From a virus (taxonomy: Duplodnaviria; Heunggongvirae; Uroviricota; Caudoviricetes), in IMG/VR virus record IMGVR_UViG_2675903330_000003: a stretch of DNA of 12,610 bases; one strand, written 5' to 3'. Position numbers and translations under genes: made by a program. The stretch's first letter is position 1. Each line of letters begins with the position of its first letter. The notes under the pieces are model-generated. The model made no database searches. It saw nothing but the letters and a program-made list of their open reading frames with translations, and was not told where the DNA came from. This document shows, one piece after another, positions 1 to 7,614 of this stretch.

Positions 1-405
1 ATGGATCAGGTCGTTGTTTTTCAAAAGATGTTTGAGCAAGTGAGAAAAGAGCAAAACTTCTCCTGGTTTTATTCAGAATTAAAACATCACCGTATTGCAC
101 ATTACATTTATTATCTGGCTACGGATAACATCAGAATTATTACTCACGATGATACGGTTTTGTTATTAAGAGGAACCAGGAACCTGTTAAAAGTTAGTAC
201 GACCAAGAACCCTGCTAAAATAAAAGAGGCCGCATTGCTTCATATTTGCGGAAAATCTACATTTCGGGAATACTGTTCAACACTGGCAGGTGCGGGCGTT
301 TTCCGGTGGGTTACTGATGTTAATCATAACAAACGCAGTTACTACGCCATTGATAATACGCTTTTATATATTGAAGATGTAGAAAATAATAAACCATTAA
401 TCTAG
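1..405 (+). CDS. ycgX: DUF1398-family protein (YcgX/YdfO/YbcV-like), 134 aa
   Basis: 134-aa ORF from the track. It aligns by eye along its length with the second DUF1398 copy at 8814..9224 ([29 protein letters not shown]). Size and position beside iraM and the icd 3' remnant match K-12 ycgX. The window starts at the ATG, so the upstream region is not visible. Confidence 0.8.
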   Translation: MDQVVVFQKMFEQVRKEQNFSWFYSELKHHRIAHYIYYLATDNIRIITHDDTVLLLRGTRNLLKVSTTKNPAKIKEAALLHICGKSTFREYCSTLAGAGVFRWVTDVNHNKRSYYAIDNTLLYIEDVENNKPLI

Positions 406-621
406 CTAAAGTTGGATACTTAAGAAATGCTTCATAATTCAGTAAGGCATTAGCATAATGGAAATAAAAGTGCAGAGACTATCTCTATGGATGATTAATA
501 CTGTCTTTTTATTGTCACCCATAAATAATCACCAGACTAATACTATCAACTTGATATTTGAAATGTGATCACTTGACTTTTGATACGTTATTTTATAACG
601 GTTAACATATTTATAAAAACA

Positions 622-642
622 ACGGCCGTGCCACACGTCCGT
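622..642 (-). terminator. Imperfect hairpin (9-bp stem with one mismatch) followed by a T-rich run on the minus strand; diverged copy of the icd terminator element at 1488..1508
   Basis: Seen in sequence: acggccgtg-cca-cacgtccgt, with T-rich sequence downstream on the minus strand. About 85% identical over ~46 bp to 1482..1527. Confidence 0.4.
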
Positions 643-1019
643 TTCAATACTTAACGCACATGTATTTTGGTTTAGTCATCATCCGGTTATATGTATTTTA
701 GCCAGGAACAGGTTAAATCATTCCTATATAACTCAAAAATTGAAACCTTATTCTCATGTCATGCTTATATTCATTATTATCGTTATATAAAAAGGCAACC
801 ATAATGTTTAGCAAATTGGCACAAAGTAGCATAAAGGCTATGTTTTAATTACAGGATGTTCAGTCATTTGAATGTATAACATTATAGCTAAACAAATCTA
901 AAACGAAGTCAATAATTTATTGCTTTCACAAAATCTCATTTTGTTTAACATCCATTGAGATTCCTTGCTTTAAATTTTATTTTATATAAGCCATCATTTT
1001 AATTAATTTATTTTTTTGA

Positions 1020-1029
1020 GGGGGGGGGG
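1020..1029. repeat. G10 homopolymer tract in the AT-rich region ~80 bp upstream of iraM
   Basis: Directly seen: gag followed by nine more G (1020..1029) inside otherwise very AT-rich DNA. Confidence 0.9.
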
Positions 1030-1046
1030 TAATATACTCATATGCA

Positions 1047-1063
1047 AAATCAAGAAATAAACA
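1047..1063 (-). promoter_or_regulatory. Candidate PhoP-box-like direct repeat (TGTTTA-N5-TGATTT on the minus strand) upstream of iraM
   Basis: Minus-strand reading gives TGTTTA tttct TGATTT: first half-site 6/6, second 4/6 to the (T/G)GTTTA consensus. iraM is known to be PhoP-regulated, but this site assignment is a weak pattern match only. Confidence 0.2.
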
Positions 1064-1106
1064 TCCTAATGAACCATATTAAATACCGTGGGATAAGACA
1101 TAACAA

Positions 1107-1430
1107 ATGAAGTGGATAGTAATTGACACGGTAATTCAACCTACATGTGGTATATCTTTTTCAGCCATATGGGGTAATATGAAAATGATCATCTGGTATC
1201 AATCTACTATATTTCTCCCTCCTGGCAGTATATTTACACCGGTTAAGTCTGGTATTATCCTTAAGGATAAAGAATATCCTATTACTATTTATCACATCGC
1301 ACCATTCAACAAGGATTTATGGAGTTTACTCAAAAGCAGTCAAGAGTGTCCTCCAGGAGAAAGCAAAATAACAAATAAATGTTTACATAATAGTTGCATT
1401 ATAAAAATATGCCCATATGGGCTCAAGTAA
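1107..1430 (+). CDS. iraM: Anti-adaptor protein IraM (RssB inhibitor stabilising RpoS), 107 aa
   Basis: 107-aa ORF in AT-rich DNA. Sequence ([15 protein letters not shown]...ICPYGLK) recognised from memory as IraM/YcgW; length and synteny (between the icd 3' remnant and ycgX) match E. coli K-12. Weak Shine-Dalgarno. Confidence 0.75.
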   Translation: MKWIVIDTVIQPTCGISFSAIWGNMKMIIWYQSTIFLPPGSIFTPVKSGIILKDKEYPITIYHIAPFNKDLWSLLKSSQECPPGESKITNKCLHNSCIIKICPYGLK

Positions 1431-1487
1431 TGGGCTTCATATAAATATGCTCGATATGCTATTAATAATATCCACATAAATAAAACA

Positions 1488-1508
1488 ACGGGCGTGTTAT
1501 ACGCCCGT
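1488..1508 (-). terminator. Rho-independent terminator of icd (perfect 8-bp stem, 5-nt loop, T-rich tail on the minus strand)
   Basis: Seen in sequence: acgggcgt-gttat-acgcccgt, lying 26 bp downstream of the icd-fragment stop codon in the icd sense and followed on the minus strand by GTTGTTTTATTTAT. Confidence 0.6.
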
Positions 1509-1533
1509 TTCAATATTTAACACATGGAGAGAT

Positions 1534-1697
1534 TACATGTTTTCGATGATCGCTTCACCAAACTCTGAACATTTCAGCAGCTTAGCGCCTTCCATCAGAC
1601 GTTCGAAGTCATAAGTTACGGTCTTGGCATTGATTGCGCCTTCCATACCTTTAACAATCAGGTCAGCCGCTTCAGTCCAACCCATATGGCGCAGCAG
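1534..1697 (-). pseudogene. icdC: Displaced 3' end of isocitrate dehydrogenase gene (icdC-like remnant, last ~53 codons)
   Basis: Minus-strand translation ends [53 protein letters not shown], matching the Icd C-terminus as recalled. No start codon or upstream icd sequence; similarity stops near 1697. This is the expected footprint of phage integration into the icd 3' end. Confidence 0.85.
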
Positions 1698-2397
1698 TAT
1701 ATAAAAACCATGAATTCAAGTCATTGATATTTAACGATAAAAATTATTTTATTGTCTTTTTATTAGCCAAAATAAACTTTATTCAACCGTTTGATTTCAT
1801 TGACGTTCGTTTTTATTTTGGGGAAAGGTTTTCTCTACCATTTATATCCAAATTACAAGTCTACATTTTATTAACATCTCAATACATGTGAGGCCTTGCA
1901 GACCTTTGTGAGACCTTATGTGTCTCTGTTTTGTCCCAACTTATGTTAAGAGGCACATAATTAAAAATAAGATAACGATGCCGCCAAGCAGTGCAAAACC
2001 TTGTTTACTCCACGACTGTCTGCCCCATTATCTGCATACATAATTATCCTCCATAACTGAGATAAATGTCGGTTATGAGCGAACAACAGACGTTTAGTTT
2101 ATGATGGCTGTGTCTATACATTAAACATAACATCCATTACCGGCACCGCTTATTAATTGCTATCTGATATTGTCACTAAAAAAATAGGCATTCCCCGATA
2201 TAATAATCACAAAGAAGCTTTTGGTGCTGGCAATCGGTATACCTCATAGTGGACTGCGACTTTCCGGGCACGACAAGGATATATCAATGTATGAGCAGGA
2301 AAATTAGACCGTGGTGCGTCATATGATGACTAAGCACGGATAACAGCTACTTAATTGAAACTATTGATTATATTACAGCCAGTGCCTTATAGGATGG

Positions 2398-3519
2398 TTA
2401 GTCATCAACCGCGACTCCTGCACAATCATGGGCTATTGCCAGCAATTGTTTTTTAATTGCTTTAGCATCTACCGTCATATCTACTGTAGCAAAATGGATC
2501 TTATGTCCCTGAGTGACAACATACTCATTAAGCATATAGCCAACAGCTGGATGAAGTAGAAGACCAGCGGCATTGAGCGAAAGCGGATCCGTCTTGTTCT
2601 CCTGTGTTCTAAGGTAGGTATATAGCTGATAAATATAGCCATTACGTAGTGATTGCTCCCGATGCCAACCCTTTGTCAGAATCGAATTAAATTTGGTATC
2701 GATAATAATACGCCGCTGGGCAGTCTTGTGTTCCAGAATAATGTCTGACTTCATTGTCGGGAAAATCTCTGCACTACCTGCACTTTGATCGCTCAACGCC
2801 CATTTCAGCTCTTTCCCTGCAGAGACCTGCCAAGTTGTTTTGGCAAGGTGTACACGATATAAGCCAGCGATACCTTTTTCAAATAGTCTTCTCATCCAGT
2901 AAAGGTTATTTGAGGGCGCAGGTAAAAGATATTGGCCTTGATCTTCGGTCGGCATCAGCAGTTCAAAAGCTAATCGTGCGGCATCGACCATCGGTTTATC
3001 TGCGGCATCATGGCGTCCAAAACGCCACACTGAGGGTAATTCGCGGGGGGCAGGATATCCTCCATTTATCCCCTCACGGCGAAGTGATATTGCCATAAAA
3101 TGGCAATCTGCCGCCAAAGACGGTTTCACTATGATTGAGGCCAGACGTTCTAACGCACAGCGAACATAGCGATTTCGGGGGGTGTTGAGGGTTATGTCTT
3201 GAAAATGGCAGGCAACCTGTCCCCGTTCCAGCAGTTGATGACTGGCAGTATACAGTATGTCAATGCGCCCTCTCACCCGGTTCAGGGCCGCATGACAAGT
3301 TTGGTATCCCATATTTAAATTGCGACGTCGGCGCAGCGTAATCTCATGAAGGAGGATTGTCGCCACCAGGTCGGGGATTTCTGCTGGGTTATCTTCTACT
3401 GCGATCTGATTGCGCCCTAACTGGCGAAACAGATCTGAAGCGTACAGCATCAGCATCCAGATATTTCGCATGGGAATACGTGATGCTGTATGTTGCTCAC
3501 TCCCGGTTATTGTCGTCAT
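2398..3519 (-). CDS. McrC-family endonuclease subunit of a Type IV (modification-dependent) restriction system, 373 aa
   Basis: N-terminal RIPMRNIWMLMLYAS resembles E. coli McrC PVIPVRNIYYMLTYAW. C-terminal SDIILEHK...RRIIIDTKF...YIYQLYTYL...AGLLLHP parallels McrC TDITIRSSEKILIVDAKYY...NLYQLMNYL...GGLLIYP, including the PD-(D/E)xK-type D...DxK motif. ATGA start/stop overlap with the upstream McrB-like gene. Confidence 0.85.
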   Translation of the reverse strand: MTTITGSEQHTASRIPMRNIWMLMLYASDLFRQLGRNQIAVEDNPAEIPDLVATILLHEITLRRRRNLNMGYQTCHAALNRVRGRIDILYTASHQLLERGQVACHFQDITLNTPRNRYVRCALERLASIIVKPSLAADCHFMAISLRREGINGGYPAPRELPSVWRFGRHDAADKPMVDAARLAFELLMPTEDQGQYLLPAPSNNLYWMRRLFEKGIAGLYRVHLAKTTWQVSAGKELKWALSDQSAGSAEIFPTMKSDIILEHKTAQRRIIIDTKFNSILTKGWHREQSLRNGYIYQLYTYLRTQENKTDPLSLNAAGLLLHPAVGYMLNEYVVTQGHKIHFATVDMTVDAKAIKKQLLAIAHDCAGVAVDD

Positions 3520-5498
3520 TTTGCTAATAACACTTTTCTGGCTTCATCGACTTTATTTGGAGCATCGAACCAATATTCGGCGAGCAAAGGGCAGATCTCT
3601 GTATCAACGACTTGTTCATACCAAGCCTGGGCATCGTTGATTTTTTGGCCGATAGCTGGGGTGACATAGCTGTGACCGATACAAAACTGTGGTCCTAAGG
3701 TAACATCTTTTGCCAGCATATCGTTTAATACCGTCAGTCGAGATTTGATGAATGCTAACATGTCAAAATCAATTGCGTAATTATAATTTACCCAGTTTCT
3801 CCACGCGTCATTAAAAGCTGGCTTTAGATCGATAAACGCGAAACGACGGCGCAGCGCTAGGTCAAGTAGTGCGAGTGAGCGGTCTGCAATATTCATCGTA
3901 CCGATGATATATAGATTCTCAGGAATGTATATTTTTTCATCAGCATTTTTAGGATAGGAAAGAGATAATGCCTCAGTCGGCGTGCGTTTATCTGCTTCCA
4001 TCAACGTGAGTGTTTCACCGAAGATTTGCGCCGGATTGCCACGATTAATCTCTTCAATTATCACCACATATTTCGAGGTAGGATTATTGACTGCAGTTTT
4101 GATTGCATTTACAAAAGGTCCATCAATTAGCGTCAATTGCCCTTCTTTACCTGGACGCCAGCCTCGAATAAAGTCTTCGTAAGAGAGGTTCGGGTGAAAT
4201 TGCACCGCGCTAATACGCTCAGGTGCTTTTTCTCCCATCAAGCAGTACGCCAGACGTCGCGCTAACCAAGTTTTTCCAGTTCCGGGTGGTCCTTGTAATA
4301 TCAGGTTTTTCTTGTCGATCAGGCGCTGAAGTGTGAGTTGGATCTTAGCCTCTTCCAAGAAACAGCCATCCTGCACCAGATGACTGATGTCATAAGGAAC
4401 GTGGGTGAGTTTTGGCAACAGCGCACTCTCTTCGACAGTTTCCTCAGTTATCGTCTGGGATTCGTTTTTCTCAAAATTCAGGTATTCATAATTTCCGGAC
4501 TCGAGGGACTTTAACTCATCATCATTGCATAGTTTCTGTAGATAAAAGTAGATTGAGCTTGTAACAGTTTTGCTCTCAGGATGCTCTACCTTGAATACGT
4601 CCAAGTAGTTTTCTTCCAACTCCGAAGCAGTGAAATAAGGGCCATTTTTTTTCAGGCATAACGCCTTAATTTTATTCAGTAAAGAGGCTTTCCACGTTCT
4701 ATTTGCCACCTCATCTTTAGACTGGCTAAGATCTGTATTCCACGCTGATAAGGAAAGTTCTGGGAAAGAATGAACCGGATAGTTTGGTTGGGTAAAGACC
4801 TCGTTCAGCGCCCGCATAAGACTCAGGTAACTTTGTCCACTACAGCGACCTTTTGCCCCGTTTTTAATGATCTTAATGTTTAACACTGTCTGAATGTAAT
4901 ACTGCGACTGGCTATCTAAAGTGGGGTAGAACCAAGGACGGGTCCAGTACAACCCCATGGTGAGATTCCAACCGACATTCATTACTGTAGAAGCGATGTC
5001 ATATGCGGCAGTGAAGTCTGCAGAGTTAGTATTCTGGTTATCCGCAAAGATCATTGCCTGTGAGAACATTTCCCACAAGCATTCAATGTCATTAGGGTCG
5101 CGTGACTTTTCATAACCAAAGAACCAAGATTTTTGGTTATTCAACAGAGGGATTCCGGCAAAGGAGTCAGGAATCGGTTCGTTCACGCCCAACAAATTCG
5201 CTAGCTTGGCAGCAATAATTTTGCGATTGCTGTCGGTCAAGTTACGATTGAACAAGCCCATAGTAGTAAACGGACAAATGTCTTTTAAGGGAAAGATCTC
5301 TCCCATAATAGATTTGTCCTGCAGATGGGACATTCCTTCCACACCCGAGGCAATTAGATGAATACCTTTGACTAATTCATCTCTACGATTTCGCCAAGTC
5401 AGTAACGCGTTGGCAAAAGCCTCATAAAAACTAGCCCAAGCAAACTTGCCATCATGTTCTGCTGTATCCACGGGAACTCCATTATACTTGTTGAGCAA
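3516..5498 (-). CDS. McrB-family GTPase (AAA+) subunit with an extended ~380-aa N-terminal region, 660 aa as called
   Basis: C-terminal half contains LILQGPPGTGKTWLARRLAY...VQFHPNLSYEDFIRGWRP...LYIIGTMNIADRSLALLDLALRRRFAF...CIGHSYV...PLLAEYWFD, closely paralleling the E. coli McrB GTPase domain. The start is uncertain: the track start is TTG at 5498 with no SD, while an in-frame GTG at 5471 is preceded by GGAG at 5-nt spacing. Confidence 0.85.
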   Translation of the reverse strand: MLNKYNGVPVDTAEHDGKFAWASFYEAFANALLTWRNRRDELVKGIHLIASGVEGMSHLQDKSIMGEIFPLKDICPFTTMGLFNRNLTDSNRKIIAAKLANLLGVNEPIPDSFAGIPLLNNQKSWFFGYEKSRDPNDIECLWEMFSQAMIFADNQNTNSADFTAAYDIASTVMNVGWNLTMGLYWTRPWFYPTLDSQSQYYIQTVLNIKIIKNGAKGRCSGQSYLSLMRALNEVFTQPNYPVHSFPELSLSAWNTDLSQSKDEVANRTWKASLLNKIKALCLKKNGPYFTASELEENYLDVFKVEHPESKTVTSSIYFYLQKLCNDDELKSLESGNYEYLNFEKNESQTITEETVEESALLPKLTHVPYDISHLVQDGCFLEEAKIQLTLQRLIDKKNLILQGPPGTGKTWLARRLAYCLMGEKAPERISAVQFHPNLSYEDFIRGWRPGKEGQLTLIDGPFVNAIKTAVNNPTSKYVVIIEEINRGNPAQIFGETLTLMEADKRTPTEALSLSYPKNADEKIYIPENLYIIGTMNIADRSLALLDLALRRRFAFIDLKPAFNDAWRNWVNYNYAIDFDMLAFIKSRLTVLNDMLAKDVTLGPQFCIGHSYVTPAIGQKINDAQAWYEQVVDTEICPLLAEYWFDAPNKVDEARKVLLAK

Positions 5499-5831
5499 TG
5501 ATAATTTATCTGTGTGAGTTTTAACATATTACTATCAGTTATAGAAAAATTTAACTATCCGATACAGAGAGCGGAATGCTGAATTTGACCTGACTTGCTT
5601 CCAACCAATTAAAATCAACTTATTTATCAATTGGTTATTTTGGCACATGGCGGTCATCAAGGCAATATCGCGTTGTCATAAGGTGTCGAGGCTCGGAGGT
5701 TCAAATCCTCTCATACAAAAAATAAATAAAATTAATGACGGTTGGAAATTATTCAATACACTCTCGAAAGTACATCAGCCAACCGCAGCACGTTATTGCA
5801 TATAACGTTTCTGCGGCATATCACAAAACTA

Positions 5832-6416
5832 TTATTCCATAACAGGGATTGCAGGCCACTCAATATCAGGTGCAGTTGATGTATCAACACGATTCAGCAA
5901 CACCCGATACTTCTTCCAGGCTTCAAGCAACGAGGTTTCTTCCTCCGTTGCGATTTCCAGATCTGCAGCATCCTGAAGCGGGGCAATATGCTCACTGGCT
6001 ACCTGCATCAGGCTGTTTTTTGTTTCTTCCGCCTCCCGGATCCGGAACAGTTTTTCTGCTTCCGTATCCTTCACCCAGGCTGTGCCGTTCCACTTCTGAA
6101 ACTCCCCTTCCGGGGATAACCAGGTGATATTTTCCGGTAGAGGTCCGAGTTCAGAAATAAATAACGAGTCGCCGGAAGCCACGTCATAGACGGTTTTTCC
6201 CCGATGATCTTCAACGAGATGCCACGATGCCTCATCACTGTTGAAAACAGCCACGAAGCCTACCGGAATATCTGGCGGTGCAATATAGGTACTGTTTGCT
6301 GGCAGACCTGTATGAGGCGGAATATATGCGTCACCTTCACCAATAAATTCATTAGTTCCGGCCAGCAGATTATAAATTTTTATGGTCCGTGGTTGTTCAC
6401 TCATTCTGAATGCCAT
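5832..6416 (-). CDS. tfa: Tail fibre assembly protein (Tfa), 194 aa
   Basis: Sequence [24 protein letters not shown]...EWPAIPVME recognised as the lambdoid TfaQ/TfaR family. Its ATG shares one base with the stop of the upstream stf fragment (TAATG), the typical stf-tfa arrangement. Confidence 0.85.
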   Translation of the reverse strand: MAFRMSEQPRTIKIYNLLAGTNEFIGEGDAYIPPHTGLPANSTYIAPPDIPVGFVAVFNSDEASWHLVEDHRGKTVYDVASGDSLFISELGPLPENITWLSPEGEFQKWNGTAWVKDTEAEKLFRIREAEETKNSLMQVASEHIAPLQDAADLEIATEEETSLLEAWKKYRVLLNRVDTSTAPDIEWPAIPVME

Positions 6417-7368
6417 TATGCAAGCCTCACAATGTAGTTAAATGCGATGTTTTTGACGGTGTTTTCCGCGTTACCAGCAGCGTTAACGGTGATGGTGTGT
6501 CCATGTGAGCCAATCGCAACGGAGTGCGTATGAGCACCAATACCGACAGTATGTGCATGTGCGCCTGCGCTTGCAGCAGTGCCGGACAGCGAGTGGGTAT
6601 GAGCACCATCTGATGATGTCTTCCCTGCATTACGAGTCTGGCCACTACCGCTTGTTGTGCTCATAATCCCCGCGCTTGGATTTGAAATCGCGGTATAACC
6701 ATTAGGGAAAATGCTCGTGTTCGTGCCACCAAATGCACCGGAACTCTTGTGTTGGTGCGCGCCGGCACTATTTGCGGTCCCGCTAATACTATGGGTATGC
6801 GCCCCGGTGTTATTCGTGGATTTGGTTCCGTAATCAAACGACGATGTGGTTTTCGTCCCCAAATCCGTACTGGATGCGCTGGCGCTGTGGGTGTGCGATT
6901 TAATGCCGTCCTGTTCCTGAGATAATACGGCCCGACCACTGGCGGGCTTGCCCTTAATCGTCCAGCCACGCATATCAGGGATCACGCCTGACGGATAAGC
7001 AACTGCAAGTTTCGGGTATGCAGATTTGTCAAAAGTCTGCCCCTGCATCAGGGCATAACCAGACGGAACGGTATCTGATGGCCACGGGATTGGTGCACCG
7101 ACTGGATAAAACTCTGCAGGAGGATGAGCCGAGGTGTAAAGCTGCGCCCACGGCGACCAGTTTGCGTCGGTCGTATCCCGTCGTGAACGAATAAATGCCG
7201 GAGCATGAGCACCGCTTGTACCACTCCAGCCGATGAGTAACTCACCTTCGCCAACGGCTGTCATCCCTTTCAGGTGAATGATATTTCCATACGCTGTTGG
7301 ATATCCGTTGTTATACACCTCGTATAACTCAAGACCTGCTGCCCCCTGCGTATTGTCTGTCAGCGCGG
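6416..7368 (-). pseudogene. stf: 3' fragment of a side tail fibre gene (stf), C-terminal ~300+ aa with His-rich GAHTHS repeats
   Basis: Repeats ([44 protein letters not shown]) are typical of lambdoid Stf C-terminal domains. The frame is open upstream to ~7387 with no ATG; the track start at 7318 is a GTG. Directly abutted by the truncated terminase gene, so the N-terminal part is missing. Confidence 0.7.
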
Positions 7369-7614
7369 TTAACCGACACGGGCAGACTTCACCACATTCA
7401 CCTCACGGATGTAGTCGCTGCCCATCGCATTCATGATGGCCCGCTGAAAGGGCAGTGTTTCCCAGCGCCCTTCCTGGTATGCGGATTCTTTCGGGAGATA
7501 GTAATTAGCATCCGCCCATTCAACGGCGGTCTGTGGCTCCGGCCTGAACAGTGAGCGAAGCCCGGCGCGGACAAAATGCCGCAGCCTGTTAACCTGACTG
7601 TTCGATATATTCAC
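7369..7614 (-). pseudogene. Truncated terminase large subunit (lambda gpA N-terminal 81 codons only)
   Basis: [81 protein letters not shown] matches the lambda gpA N-terminus as recalled (full length ~641 aa). The frame ends at TAA 7369..7371, after which the sequence switches to stf. Start overlaps the 3' end of the Nu1 gene as in lambda. Confidence 0.85.

Noticed and set aside
2754-4182. Plus-strand ORFs 2754..3098 (114 aa), 3410..3640 (76 aa) and 3982..4182 (66 aa) inside the McrBC-like genes
   Set aside because: They are antisense to two long ORFs with clear family-level similarity, and have low-complexity, Arg/Leu-rich composition typical of antisense frames.
5690-5720. tRNA TpsiC-arm-like motif (ggagg-ttcaaat-cctct) suggesting a tRNA 3' fragment or att remnant
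   Set aside because: No matching acceptor-stem 5' strand, D-arm or anticodon arm could be found upstream, and the prophage att here is icd, not a tRNA. Likely coincidental; could be settled by tRNAscan-SE or Infernal.
5647-5820. 57-codon plus-strand ORF in the tfa to McrB-like intergenic region
   Set aside because: No Shine-Dalgarno, AT-rich composition, and it falls where the minus-strand operon promoter should be; most likely chance.
5849-7254. ORFs 5849..6127, 6204..6437 (plus) and 6427..6645, 6661..6969, 7048..7254 (minus) overlapping the tfa and stf genes
   Set aside because: Alternative frames or antisense within recognisable tail-fibre coding sequence. Their Pro/Arg/His-rich translations are the expected by-product of the Gly/Ala/His-rich stf frame.
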